Shown here: positions 8,555 to 20,880 of the stretch, in pieces | How the letters are laid out: each line of letters opens with the position of its first letter | How positions within the stretch are numbered: the stretch's first letter is position 1 | Assembly: GCA_004431415.1 (NCBI GenBank) | Contig: QPMI01000270.1 | Location: 26,441 to 90,440, forward strand | Source of the DNA: Cyanophora paradoxa CCMP329 | Lineage: Eukaryota; Plantae; Glaucophyta | Length of the DNA stretch: 64,000 nucleotides | Direction: 5' to 3' | Translations under genes and position numbers: made by a program | The notes under the pieces: model-generated | Told to the model about the DNA's origin: nothing | Databases searched by the model: none | The model's input: only the letters and a program-made list of their open reading frames with translations

Positions 8555-11500
8555 TCAGTGACTGCCGCCGTCATGCCGGCACGAATTCGCCATTGGGGAG
8601 GGGGGCGGGTGAGGAATGAGGGATGGGGTTGCGGGGTCGGGGTCAGGGGGCGGGGATGGCGGGGTAGAGTGCGGGGCGGAGGGCGGCGAGGGCGGCGAAG
8701 TGGCGCTGGACGACGCTGAAGGTGCAGTGGACGGCCGCCATGCCGAGCCACAGGAGCATCCCTCGCCGCGCCCCCAGCTCCTGCGCGCCCCGCCCCCAAC
8801 GTCACCCCCGCCCCGCCCCCCCGCCGCCCCCGCCCAGCCGCCTCCCACCGCCCGCACCTCGCACGCCCGGGCGAGGGCCGGCACGGGGGCCCCGAACCAG
8901 AGGCGGAGGAGGAGCGGGGTGGAGAGGGAGGCGAGGAGGGCGGCGGCGGCGGCGGCGGCGAGGGCGAGCTGGGCGGCGAGCTCGACGTGGCCCCGGGGCA
9001 GCGGGGCGAAGGGGAAGAGGTGCGCGTTGTGCGCGTGCGCAGCGAAGAGCAGCGCGGGGGCCACCAGCGCCCCCGCCATCGCCGCCCCCGCACCCGCACC
9101 CACCCCGCCCCTGCGCCCCGCTCACGCCCCGGCCCCGCGAGTGCGCCGGGGCGGGGATGGCACCTGCGAAGCGCGCTGCGGCGGCGCTGGCGTCTTCGGC
9201 GGCACGGGCGGTCGCCTGGCGCTCGGTCAGCTGCGCAGACTGCGCGGCGTCAGCGGTGCGCCAGCCGGCGGGCTCGGGGCGGGGCCGGCGGGCCTCCTTG
9301 GCGGAGGGCAGGGGGAAGCGGATGAGGCGCATGCTGTGGCCCCCCAGCGCCCCCGCCCCGACGCCCGGCGCCTCGCCCGGCGCCTCCACCTCCTCCTCCT
9401 CCTCTTCCTCCTTCCCGAACGCCCGCTCCGGCCTCGGCTTCTGCTTCCGCGCGGAGCGGGGCGGCTTGGCGGGGGGCGGGGAGGGGGGGGCGGCGGGGGC
9501 GTGTGGGGCCGGGGCGGAGGCGGCGGAGGACGGGGAGGAGGAGGAGTTGGGGAGGAGGGCGCTCTCGGGGCCGCTGGAGCTCCCGAGGCGCTCGAGGCGC
9601 CCGCGAGGGCCCCGCCGCCCCGCCACCACCGGCCGCCGCCCGCGCCACCCGCCCCCGCCACCAGCGCCGGCGCCGGCGGCGGCTCCAGCAGCAGCGGCTC
9701 GAAGGCCGGCTCGAACGCGGGGCCTCGAGGGGCACCCAGGCGGCGGCGGGGACGGGGGCGGGGGCGGGGGCAGGGGCGGGGCCGGCGGGCGGCGAGCAGG
9801 AGGGCCTCCGCCTCGACGAGCAGCGGTTCGAACTCCACCGCCGGCCCGCTGCCCCGGCGGGAGCCGGCCGGGGAGGGGGCCCCGGGGGAGGGGAAGGCGG
9901 GGGGGCGGAGGGCGGAGCGGGGCGAGGCGAGGTCCTGCTCGATGGCGAGGAGGGCGGCCTCCTCGGCGGCGTCGAGCAGCGGCGCCGACGTCGCCAGCAG
10001 CGTCGGGAACGGCACCGCCTCCCCGCTCTCCGCCTTGCCCCCGTCGCTGCCGGCGTCGGCGAGGCCGAGCGGGTTCACCCAGAGCTCGCTGGCGCGCCGC
10101 GCCTCGCCCTCGAGCAGCGGCTCCGTCCGCACGTGCGCCACGCCGCGCATCCGGCCCCCGAAGGCCTCGGCGGCCGCCCGCCCCGCCGGCTCCCCCTCCT
10201 CGCCTTCGTCCGACGACGAGTCGAGGAAGCCCGTCGAGCGGATCCACATGCTATCTGCGGCCTTCTTGCGCGTGCTCACGCCGTCCGCCCCGTGCCCAGT
10301 ATCCGCACTCTCCGCTACAGATGCCCGCCGCTCGGAACGCGCGCGCGGGGCCGGCCGCTCCTCGTCCACCTCCTCCTCATCGCTCGAGCTGTCGGGCATG
10401 TGCTTGGGCCAGCCCTCTCCGCCGCGCTTGATCGAGGTCGCGCCGCCGGCGCCGTGGCCGCCAGCCCCGGCGACGTCCTCCGCCATCAGCGCGTGCCGGG
10501 CCGACGGCGCGCGTGCCGCCGGCGCCTCCTGCTGCCGCTCGTCGTCCTCATCGCTGCTGTCATCGAGGGCGCCGGGTTTGACCCACTTCGAGTCGGCGCC
10601 CTTCTTGCGAGTGGTCATGCCGTCCTCGCCGTGCCCCGTCGCGCCCGCACCGGCATCCGACACCGATGCGTGCCGGACGGCTGCTGCCTGCGGGGCCGGC
10701 GCCTGTTGATTATCGCCGTCCTCGTCCTCATCGGAGGACGAGTCCAGAGTCTTGCCCGATGGGATCCACTTGCTGTCCGCGGCCTTCTTGCGCGTGCTCA
10801 CGCCGTTTTCGCCGTGCCCTGCCTCGCTGCCACCCGCCACCAACGCGTGCCGCTCCGACGGGGCCCGCGGGGCCGGCCGCTCCTCGTCCACCTCCTCATC
10901 GCTCGAGCTGTCGGGCATGTGCTTGGGCCAGCCCTCTCCGCCGCGCTTGATCGAGGTCGCGCCGCCGGCGCCGTGGCCGCCAGCCCCGGCGACGTCCTCC
11001 GCCATCAGCGCGTGCCGGGCCGACGGCGCGCGTGCCGCCGGCGCCTCCTGCTGCCGCTCGTCGTCCTCATCGCTGCTGTCATCGAGGGCGCCGGGTTTGA
11101 CCCACTTCGAGTCGGCGCCCTTCTTGCGAGTGGTCATGCCGTCCTCGCCGTGCCCCGTCGCGCCCGCACCGGCGTCCGACACCGATGCGTGCCGGACGGC
11201 TGCTGCCTGCGGGGCCGGCGCCTGTTGATTATCGCCGTCCTCGTCCTCATCGGAGGACGAGTCCAGAGTCTTGCCCGATGGGATCCACATGCTGTCTGCG
11301 GCCTTCTTGCGCGTGCTCACGCCGTCCGCCCCGTGCCCAGTATCCGCACTCTCCGCTACAGATGCCCGCCGCTCGGAACGCGCGCGCGGGGCCGGCCGCT
11401 CCTCGTCCACCTCCTCCTCATCGCTCAAGCTGTCGGGCATGTGCTTGGGCCAGCCCTCTCCGCCGCGCTTGATCGAGGTCGCGCCGCCGGCGCCGTGGCC

Positions 11501-13681
11501 GCCAACCCCGGCGACGTCCTCCGCCATCAGCGCGTGCCGGGCCGACGGCGCGCGTGCCGCCGGCGCCTCCTGCTGCCGCTCGTCGTCCTCATCGCTGCTG
11601 TCATCGAGGGCGCCGGGTTTGACCCACTTCGAGTCGGCGCCCTTCTTGCGAGTGGTCATGCCGTCCTCGCCGTGCCCCGTCGCGCCCGCACCGGCATCCG
11701 ACACCGATGCGTGCCGGACGGCTGCTGCCTGCGGGGCCGGCGCCTGTTGATTATCGCCGTCCTCGTCCTCATCGGAGGACGAGTCCAGAGTCTTGCCCGA
11801 TGGGATCCACTTGCTGTCCGCGGCCTTCTTGCGCGTGCTCACGCCGTTTTCGCCGTGCCCTGCCTCGCTGCCACCCGCCACCAACGCGTGCCGCTCCGAC
11901 GGGGCCCGCGGGGCCGGCCGCTCCTCGTCCACCTCCTCATCGCTCGAGCTGTCGGGCATGTGCTTGGGCCAGCCCTCTCCGCCGCGCTTGATCGAGGTCG
12001 CGCCGCCGGCGCCGTGGCCGCCAGCCCCGGCGACGTCCTCCGCCATCAGCGCGTGCCGGGCCGACGGGCGCTCGTGGAAGCTTGGCGTGGAGCAGGCAGG
12101 GATGGCCTCGACGCGCGTCGGAGGCCCCGCGCGGGACTCGTCGGCCTCGACGAAGCTGCTGACGGCCGTCTCCTCGGGGCGGAGCCAGCTGCTCGGGCGC
12201 CCCATCCGCCTGCTCTCCCCCCCGCCCCTCGGCGTGCTCGCGGGGCGGGGCTTGATGAGCAGGTGGGGCGGGGCGCGGGGGGCGGGCGGCTCCTCGGCCT
12301 GCTCCTCCTCGTCGGGGCGCCACGGCTCCACCGCGTCCTCCTCCTCCATCGAGCCCGACCCCGGGGCGGCCGGCGCCGCCACGCCCGGCACGACGCGCCC
12401 CGCCAAGTCCCCGCGCCGGGCCGGCGCCTCGGGGGCGGCGCGGTAGCGCGCCTCGGGGGCGGGGCGGGGCGGCGGGCGGCGGCCTCGGCGCAGGCGGGGA
12501 GGAGCCCTGCAGGGCGACGCAGGCGAAGGCAATCGCCGAGGCGGGCGCGTTGCTGGCGAAGAGCGGCCACGTCGCCCCGTCGCGAAGGTCGCCCCGAACG
12601 CCAGCGCGTACCGCCCCGCCGGCTCGTGCGCCGCCGCCCACGGCCCCGCCCGCCGCAGCGCCGCCCGCAGCGCCAGCTGCAGGACGCCGACCCCGACGTC
12701 TTGGGGCGGCGCGTCAGGGGGCGCGTGCGCGGGGCGCGTGCGGGGGCGCCGGGGCGCACGGAGGAGGGCGAGGGCGAGGGCCTGCAGGCGGGGGCGCTCG
12801 AGCTCGGCGGCGCCGAGCCAGAAGGCCAGCGTGGCGAGGAAGAGGGCGAGGATGATCATTGCCGCCACCGCGTCCGAGCGCGCCGTGAAGACCTCCGCCT
12901 GCCCCCGCTTTGCGCTGAGGAGAGGCGGCGGGAGCGAGGCGGCTCCACCTGGAGGCACCTGGCGGGGGGAGAGGTGCCCGTAGCGGGTGCGAAGGAATAT
13001 TGGCGTGAGCACGCACGCAGAGGCGAAGATCACCGCTGCGCCGTCCCGCCTCGTTGGCCCAGAGCAGCGGAGCGGGGGCGCGGGGCGGACCGTGCGAGAA
13101 GAAGGGGAGGGGGAAGTGGTGCACGAGCATGGGGATGGAGATGATCGCGGTGCCCACGATCGCCGCCGCCGCCACAGGCACTACAAGGCGGCGTCGGCGC
13201 TCCAGGCCGGGGGCAGGGCGGCGCGGGAGGGCCGGCCGCACCGTAGGCGAGGGTGGTGCGCACGGCTTCCGAGTCCGGCGTCGCGTCAATGCCGAGCGTC
13301 GCCAGGAACGCCGGCAGCTCCGGCGGGCCCAGCTCCGGGTGCGAGAACACTGCGGCGAAGACAAGAACGAAAATCGATTCAGATCTCAGACGGCGAGCCG
13401 CGCGCGCAGGCGCACGGAAAATGGGTCTCCATAATGCAACCGAGACGAATACGAATACGGTCGAAACGAGGAACCAGCCTGTGGCGAGCAATGAGGCGGG
13501 TTCGCATTGATTTTAGCTGCAGCGTACCATTGACGCGATCGCTATCCTGTGCATCGGGAAAGACCAGCGGAAGAAAGAATAGCGCGTAGCTAATGCCGCA
13601 AAGGACAACGAGTCCAGCTACTGCCCGTGCGGCCACAAGCCCCAACTGGGACCCCAACCGGGGTCTCTCTCTCGTCTTCAT
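8555..13681 (-). CDS. Large multi-pass membrane protein with a long internal acidic/Ser-rich tandem-repeat region; 3' end approximate
   Basis: N-terminal exons encode several hydrophobic helices (VVLCGISYALFFLPLVF, GWFLVSTVFVFVSVALW, AAIVGTAIISIPMLV, AMIILALFLATLAFWL). The long central exon is in ORF 9227-13033. More hydrophobic segments lie near 8700-9100. Confidence 0.55.
10240..12067. repeat. Coding tandem repeat: ~3.5 units of 519/522 bp with a 1041-bp higher-order period
   Basis: Anchor GGATCCAC recurs near 10240, 10762, 11281 and 11803. Identical ORF translations occur at 10666/11707 and near-identical ones at 10752/11793 (offset 1041). Confidence 0.95.
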
Positions 13682-14079
13682 CACGCGCGCGGCCTCCGGC
13701 CGCTTTAGCTTGCTATTGCTGCATCCTCAGAGCGATGACGCGGTGCGTGTGCGAAGTTGCTAAGAGATAAGTGCGACCAGCCGGGCTCGGCGGAAGAGAT
13801 AAGAGGCCAGAAACGACGCGGGACGATTGTAGGCAGGTTTATCTAGCTTGACTGAACGGGATCGCCTTGTTTTCAGTTGCCACGCGCGCGCTGGGCGATA
13901 CTAGCACGTGCGTTACTCCCTCTGCTGCTTGCGTCCGGAAGGTTGCTCTCTTCGTCTCTTGTCAGACTCTTGCACTAAGTTGCACAAAGGCGGAGGGTAC
14001 GCAACTTTGTGTAGATGAGGGTACAGCAAAGAGACGAAGGCTTCTCGACGTCGGCCTTCTCAGCCGAGGAGATGGCGAA

Positions 14080-17000
14080 ATGCTCAATCTCGCCGAAATC
14101 ATCCCCGCTTATGCCAGCGGGGCGCTGTTCGGAGCTGGACCTGCGTTGTTCAGCACCGACCGGGGTGCGCCTCGCGCGATCGCCGAGCGCTCCGCCCAGC
14201 GCTCACGCATCCACGCAGCCCCGTTCGGAGGATATCGCGCCGATGGAGGAACGTGTGCAGTGGACGTGGAATGGCAGCGATGTGGTGCCGTGGAAAACTC
14301 CCGCGAGGAGGCGGCAGCCGACGAGCTCCAGGAGCGCCTGGACACCGTGAGCGAGCCGCTGCTTGATCCGCGAAACGACAACGCCCACATACGCAGCCAG
14401 GCAAGTCGCCTGCTTGTGTGCCGAGTCCCGAATGACCTCGCCGGTAGCTCGTCGAGATCAGGCGCGATGTACACTCTTTCGTGCCAGCCGACGCAGACCT
14501 TGGCGGACCTCTTCGAAACGAGGACTACATACCCAACGAACTGCTAGTGACTTTGCTCGCTGAAGACCTCAGTGCTCGACGTCACGACTCTGTGTCCAAC
14601 CCCTTCCTCTCCAATCGCCTCGACGCTTTTACGGTTCGATTGTTTCTTCGCATCACAGAGATGTCAGTGCCTGACTCGTATTCTGCAGGCGGGAGACAGA
14701 AATTTCTTTTGCTTCTCGCACGGGCGCCTTGCGGACGCAGTTGGCGTCGTACGTGCGCCTGCTTTGGACGAGGGGTCGTTCCAATCGCACATCCGAACCG
14801 CGGGCATCTCCTTCGATTTGTCACTCGGCGAGAGCGCGCTTCAAGTGGTGGCCTCCTACCCGGGTATTCGTATTCCCCATGCCCGATCCCTCTGGCTGCC
14901 GGCGCTCACGGTTTTGTGCGTATAGATGGGGCCGAGGCGCCCTGCATTGCGGCGAGATCGCTCTACCATTGCACGTTGCTCGCGCTCTCCGACCCGCTGT
15001 GCGCCATCCCCTGCCTTCTCTCGGCGCGCGCCTGACGCGGCGGGCGGGATAGGGAGGAGGGTGCTAAGCTGCGTCTGGCGGGGCGGCTGTCGTTCGGGAG
15101 CCGGGTAGGGGACGTGTGCTGGAACCCGCTTTGGGGCGGGGAGGTGGCGGCGTGCTGCGAGGACGAGGCCGTCGTCCTCTTCGATCTCGTCACCAGCCGC
15201 CGCACGCAGCTCGTCCCGCCGGCCCCCGACTGGCCCGGCCCGCCCCTCGACTCCTCCGACTGCCTGCGGCGCTTGGCGTGGGGTCCGCATCCGCGCAGCC
15301 TCCTCGCCGGGCGTCCCTCGGGCGTCGACCTCATCGACTTCAGGGTGCGCCGAGCGCTCCCGGGCCTCCCCGGGTCGGGTTCCTCGGGCTCCTCGGCTCC
15401 TCCCTCTCGACGTGATGCTTACAGTTTGTATTCCTTGACCGCTTCCGCTCGACGGACAGCGCATGAAACGAAAAACCGCTGATCCCCCTCAATAGCTTCC
15501 TTTTCTAGCGCCCCCTGTCCCGAGAGCCGGGCCGAGCCGCTTCCGCGTGATGTTCCACAGCCATCCATTTCCTGAGTCTTTATGCGGACTTCAACTCAGT
15601 GGCTGATGGAAGCGCGCTCGCATCTCCCCTCCCCTTCCCTTCCCCCTCGCCTCCCTCCCCCTCGCGCGCGCCGAGGCGCTGCTCTTCTGACGGGGAGGGG
15701 CCAGGCGGGGGGGCGGGAGCGGGGGCCGGCGGCGCGGCTGGTGGACCTGGCGGCGGCCGGCACGGGCTTCGCGGACGCCTGGGAGAGCTCCACGGAGGGC
15801 ACGCGGCCGGCCCCGGACCGCCTCCTCGCCCTCTGCCGTCACCCGTCCCCTGCCCTCCAGCACCTCTTCGCCCTCGCCACCGCCCGCACCCTCTTCCTCG
15901 TCGACGCCCGCAGCGCCCGCGCGCCCCTCGCCGCCTGGCCCCGCTCCGGGCCCCCGTCGCCGTCGCTGGGGATCGCGCTGGAGTGCGTGGACGCGCGGGC
16001 GGGGCGGCACGCGCTGGTGTGTTGGAGCGCCGCGGGGGAGGTGAGCGTGCACGACATCGCGCAGCCGCCGGCGCGGCGGGGCGAGGGGACGTCGGTGTGG
16101 GCGGACCCCCGCGAGCCCCGCCCCGAGCACGCCGCCCTCGCCGACGCCTTCTACTCCACCGCGCCCATCCCGCCGTGCGCCCCCCCCCCCCCCCCCCCCC
16201 CCTCCCCCCCCCGGCCCCGCCCCGCCCCGCTCCCGTCCGCCCCCGACCGCCCTTTCAGGCTCCTCGCGAGCTTCCTGCCGCGGCGGCCGCCGCTGGCAGA
16301 GGGCGGGCCGTGGCTGCTGCCGTGGCGGCCGCGGGAGGGGGCGGGCTACACGCAGCAGCTGCAGCCGCGTTTCTTCGGGCCAGACGTGAAAAACGTCGAT
16401 CCCACAGCCCCCCGCGAGTTCTCCTCCTCCCGCCCCGTGCGCCCCGCCCCTCCCCGCCCCCCTGTCGCTCTCTTCGCTGTGGGCCGACCGCGGCGCAGGA
16501 GGACGGGGTGACGTGGCGCGGAGCCGGCCACTCGCTGGCGCCGACGCTCGCGGGGTGCCGCGTCCGCTTCGGGGCGGGGCGGCCTTTCGCGGCATTCCTT
16601 TCGAGCACGGGACACCTCTGCCTGCAGCCCGTCGCCCTCGAAGCCGCCGCCGCCCAGCCAGCCCCGGCCGCCGCGCACGAGGAGACCATCGTGTGGGGCG
16701 CGGACGAGGCGCTGCGGGCCTCGCGCGACGTGCGCCGCTTCCAGCGCCGCAACGTCGACGCGCTCCGCAAGTGTGAGCGCCCCGCGCCGGCCCTTGCCGC
16801 TCGATGGCGGGGCGTGACCGGGCGGCGCAGACGCGGCGGCGCGAGCGACGCCAGAGTCGGTGGTGGCGGCGCGCTACCGCATGGCCGCCGCCGCCACGCG
16901 CCCCGCCCGCCGCGGCCCGCGCTCTCGCACCAAGGCCGCCGCCGAGGCGCCGGGGGCGGCGGAGGGGCCGGAGGAGGCCGAGGGCGGGCCGGGAGGCTGG

Positions 17001-18807
17001 TGAGGCGGAGGCGGTGTGGGCGGTGCTGCTGCGGGAGGAGGGGAGCCCGAGCGCGTCCCCGTCGCCGCCGGCGGCGGCCGCCTCGCGTGGATCGAGGCGG
17101 CTGCTGAGCGCCTGGGGTGCACGCCGGAGCAGGTGGCCGGCCCCGTCGAGGTGCTCGCGGGCGCCGCGGGCGCGCCGTCATGGCCTGCCTCGTCCACCCC
17201 TGGCGCGGCGGCTCCCGCCTCATGCCCAACGCCGCCGCCACGGCCCTCCTCGCCCGCCGGCCCCGCCGCGGCCCCGCCGGCCCCTCGGAGGAGCCGCTGG
17301 ACGAGGAGCCGGCGCGGGGCCCTCTCTTCCTCTTCTGCACGCGGGGGCGCCCCGGCTGGCGCCCCGTCTCCTACACCGTCGAGCGCCTCGCCCGCGACCT
17401 CGCCGCGCCGCGCCCCGAGGCGGCAGCGGACGGCAAGGGCGACGCGGCCGCCTCGTCGAGCGGCGGAAGCGAGGAGGATGAGGAGAGCGCGCTGGCCGAG
17501 CTGCGCGCCTCTGGGCCCTGGCCGCCGTCGTGGCCGAGGCGGCGCGCCCGGCCCGCTCGACGCGGGACACGAGCGTCGCGGCGCGGGCGGCCCTCGCCCT
17601 CGCCGCGGCGTGCGGCACCGGGAGGCCCAGCCGCGGCCGGCCGGCGTCGAGCAGGTGGCCGAGGCGCTGCGGGGGGAGCTGGCGGCGCTGCTGCGCGCCC
17701 CCGCGACGCTCGCCGAGCTCGGCCGCTTCGTGCGCGTCGTGCGCGGCCTCGCCGCCGACGACGCCACCGTCCTCGCCGCCCTCCGCGCCCTCGCCCGCCC
17801 GACCCGCCGCGCCCCTGCCCTCCTCGAGCTCGAGCTCGGGCCCCAGCCCGGGGCGGCCGGGGCGCGGTGGGAGGCGGGGTGGCGGGGCGAGGCGGCGGCG
17901 GTGCTCGCCGCGTGCGGGCTGGAGGCCCTCGCCCCGGCATCCCTCCGCTCCGTCTTCCTCCTCCCGCCCCCGCCCCGCCCCGACGCCCCCGCCCACAGCG
18001 CCCTCCCCTCCCCGCCCCGGCCCCTGCCGCCCCGGCCCCTCCTCCTCCTCCTCCTCGCCGGCCGCCGGGTCGGGAGAGGCGCCGCCGGCGGGGAACGCGG
18101 AGCGGACCATCCCGGCCGGCTGCGTGCGCTTCCTCGACACGCCGTTCTCCCGCCCCGTTCCGGCGCCGCCCGAGGATCCGGAAGAGCCCCGCCCGCCGCC
18201 TCGAGCGCCCCCGCCGGCCGGGCCGGGACCGGGGCCGGGGCCGGGGCCGGGGCCGGGGCGGGGCGGGGGCGACGGGGCGGGAGAAGGGTGTGCACCGGCG
18301 GGCGGCGGAGCTGGCGGCGGAGGCGGAGTCGATCACACGCTCCGTCCTCGCCCACCTCCGCGCCCGCTGGTCCACCCTCCAGGCGCCCCCGCCCCTCCCC
18401 GCCCCCGCCCCGCCCCCTCCCGACACGCACCCCGAGCACGCCCCCGAGGAACTGGCCCCCGCGCCCTCCTCGGCCCCGAATCCAGTGCCGGCGGGGGCGG
18501 GGGGGACGGCGGGGAGCAGCCGCAAGCGGGCGCGGGCGGAGACGGTCTCGGAGGGGCCGGAGGAGTCCCCCGCGGGGCCCTCGCAGCGCCCGCGCGTCCG
18601 CTTCTCCCTCCCCAACGAGGGCCCGCCGCCTCCTCGCCCCGGCCCGCCGCCCCCGCCGGCCCCCCGCCGGCGAGCATCACGGGCCCCCCCGGCGCCCCGC
18701 GCGCCTCGCTGGGCCCGGGCGCCCTCTCGCCCAGCAGGGGCCCCCAGGCCAAGCCCCGCCCCTCCCTCTCCGCCACCAAGAAGCCCCGCCCCTCGCTCGG
18801 CTTCTAG
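14080..18807 (+). CDS. TAF1C: TAF1C/Rrn6-like RNA polymerase I core-factor subunit (beta-propeller)
   Basis: Propeller-like segments CWNPLWGGEVAACCEDEAVVLFDL and LAWGPHPRSLLAGRPSGVDLIDFR, and ATARTLFLVDAR. The C-terminus KKPRPSLGF* resembles the basic ...GF end of TAF1C/Rrn6. Confidence 0.55.
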
Positions 18808-19092
18808 GCGGGCAGCCCGTGTTGTACTCGACCAGCCACCAGCAGTCGTTTCTTTCAAGCAGTGTACAGTCGTTCAGAACTTGGTAATTTGAGAAGATGT
18901 TCTGCTTGTGCAATCCGATCCATGCAACAGCCTGCATCCTGGCATACACAAATCATTGAATGCATTTGATCGCTAGCCGCTGAAATGTGCTACGGTACAT
19001 CGTTCAGGGGCACGTGCGCGCACCCGCGAACCAAGGGGCGCTGGGCAGCCTGCAGCTGGCAGCGGACCGTCGGACTCCGCGAGCCCGGGGGA

Positions 19093-20857
19093 TCACTCGA
19101 GCGGGGGCGTCGCAGCGGCCGCCTGCCCCGCCGCCTCCCACGCCGCCCTCTCCTCCTGCTCGGGGCCGCCTCGCGTCTCGGGCTCTGCCTTGTGGCCCCG
19201 GATCGCCGCCTTGACGCCCTCGTAGACCCACCAGAATATCGCTGCGGTCGGGGCCTGAGGGCCGCTCAGGGGGGGCCAGGGGCGCGGGGCGGGGCCGGGG
19301 CGGGGGGCGGACCCCCATAGCGAGGCGGACGTCGAGGCCGCGGGCAAAGCCGCGGGGCCCCTCGGCCTGCAGCACGCCGCGCACCGCCTCCCGCACTCCC
19401 GCCGCCTGCCCCAGCATCACCCGCGTCTTCACCACGTCCTGCACCCCGCCCGCCCCGCCTCAGCACCGCCCCCCCCCTTCGCCCCGCCGCCGGCCCCCGC
19501 ACCATCGGGTTCGTCATCGCCGCCGCCTGCCGGGCGCCCTCAGCGGGGGCGAGGAAGGGGCGCGGGGCGGGCGCACGACGCCGCCGGCGGTGGCCCCCAG
19601 GGCCAGGTTCTCCGCCGTCGTGAGCCCCTCCTCCCGCCCCCTCCCCTGCACCTGCGCGCCCCCTCGAGGCGCCGGCCGCCTGCAGGGACAACAGGGCCCG
19701 AGGAAGGGGCTCGAGTACGGCGGCGGCGCGGGCGCGGAGGAGGCGGCGCTTGAGAGCGGTGTAGATGGGGAGCTCAACGAAGGCGCCCGGCACGTCGCGC
19801 GCCAGCGTCGGGACGAAGCCTGCGGCGTCCTTCAGACGGGCGACCGGGTCGTGCTCCGGGCAGCAGTGCGGGGCACCCGAGTAGAAGCCGCGCAGCCCGC
19901 GCTGCGCCAGCAGGGCGCGCGCTGCCGCCCCCGCCGACGCGTACTGCCCCGTCTGCTGCCGCTGCTTGAGCACCTCCCTGCCGGAAAGTGGCCACGTCAG
20001 CCAGTGCAAGCCGGAGCCGAGCACTAGTCAACAATGGGGGCTCACGAGGGGACGTAGACGGCGCAGCCGCATAATCCTGCACACGTGATGAGCATGGATT
20101 TAATTTTTGTAATTAATTTCTGAGTTCCAAGTTGAATTTCGCGATAGCGTTTGAGCACGCCTGCCACGGCGGCGGAGGCGAAGGGAACCGCGGGCGCAAG
20201 CGGAGAGTCCGCGAAGCGCTTTTCAAGCGTCCCTCGGATCTGACACGAAAGTTGCAATGAGACGCCCCCCAACCATTTGAATTCTGGGCGCAGCGGCGCC
20301 CCGTGGGAAGCTCGGTCGCACAGATTCGAAGACAAAGAGGCGAACGCTGGCTGCCGGTGCGCCGCCGGAGACGGCCCCAGGCACGCCAGCTGCGCAGCGC
20401 GCGTCGATCGGTACGTCGATCATGGCCGGAGAAGCACGCTGCCTGGCCGCGCTGGGCCGCACCGTATAATCCCGGCCACCCCTTGCTCCCGACAATAGAG
20501 CGCGCCGCCGCCGACGATGCCGCGAACGAGCCCGCACCGGCCGCTCCCTTGCCTTGGACGACACTTTTGATCGTGTCCAGAGCTGAATGCGCAGAATGCG
20601 CTCGCAGCGCGGCTCTTAGATATGAATAAGTGAAGATGGTAGCACGGTGAATAGTGAAGATGGCGCTGGCAGCGCCCACTGCAGCTCCCATCGCGTCGTC
20701 CACCAGGTCCGGCTCCCGCACACTGCGCGCCTGGCGCGCGAAGCTCGCGGAGGAGCGCGCGGTTAGCGTCCAGCGCCGCGCACCTGCGACGATGCCGCGC
20801 TTGACGCGGTGCGCGGAGTTGGCATATTCGCGAGGGTCTACCCACGGCCGGCTCCAT
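19093..20857 (-). CDS. Mitochondrial carrier family (SLC25) protein, SAM-carrier-like
   Basis: Three Px[DE]xxK-type motifs after splicing: HP|LDTIKS, P...EVLKQRQQ and NPM|DVVKTRVM. Also ARDVPGAFVELPIY. Confidence 0.85.
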
Positions 20858-20880
20858 CCCTGTCCTGTGGGATACACGAA

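Noticed and set aside
10240-12067. Tandem array as a possible CRISPR or satellite
   Set aside because: Units are ~520 bp with no unique spacers, lengths are multiples of 3, and the array lies in an open coding frame.
8616-13144. Very long plus-strand ORFs (697, 569, 1213 aa) and many similar Pro/Arg/Gly/Ala-rich ORFs across the window
   Set aside because: They are antisense or off-frame shadows caused by stop-codon scarcity at very high GC. They contain no recognisable motifs, and the real genes are spliced.
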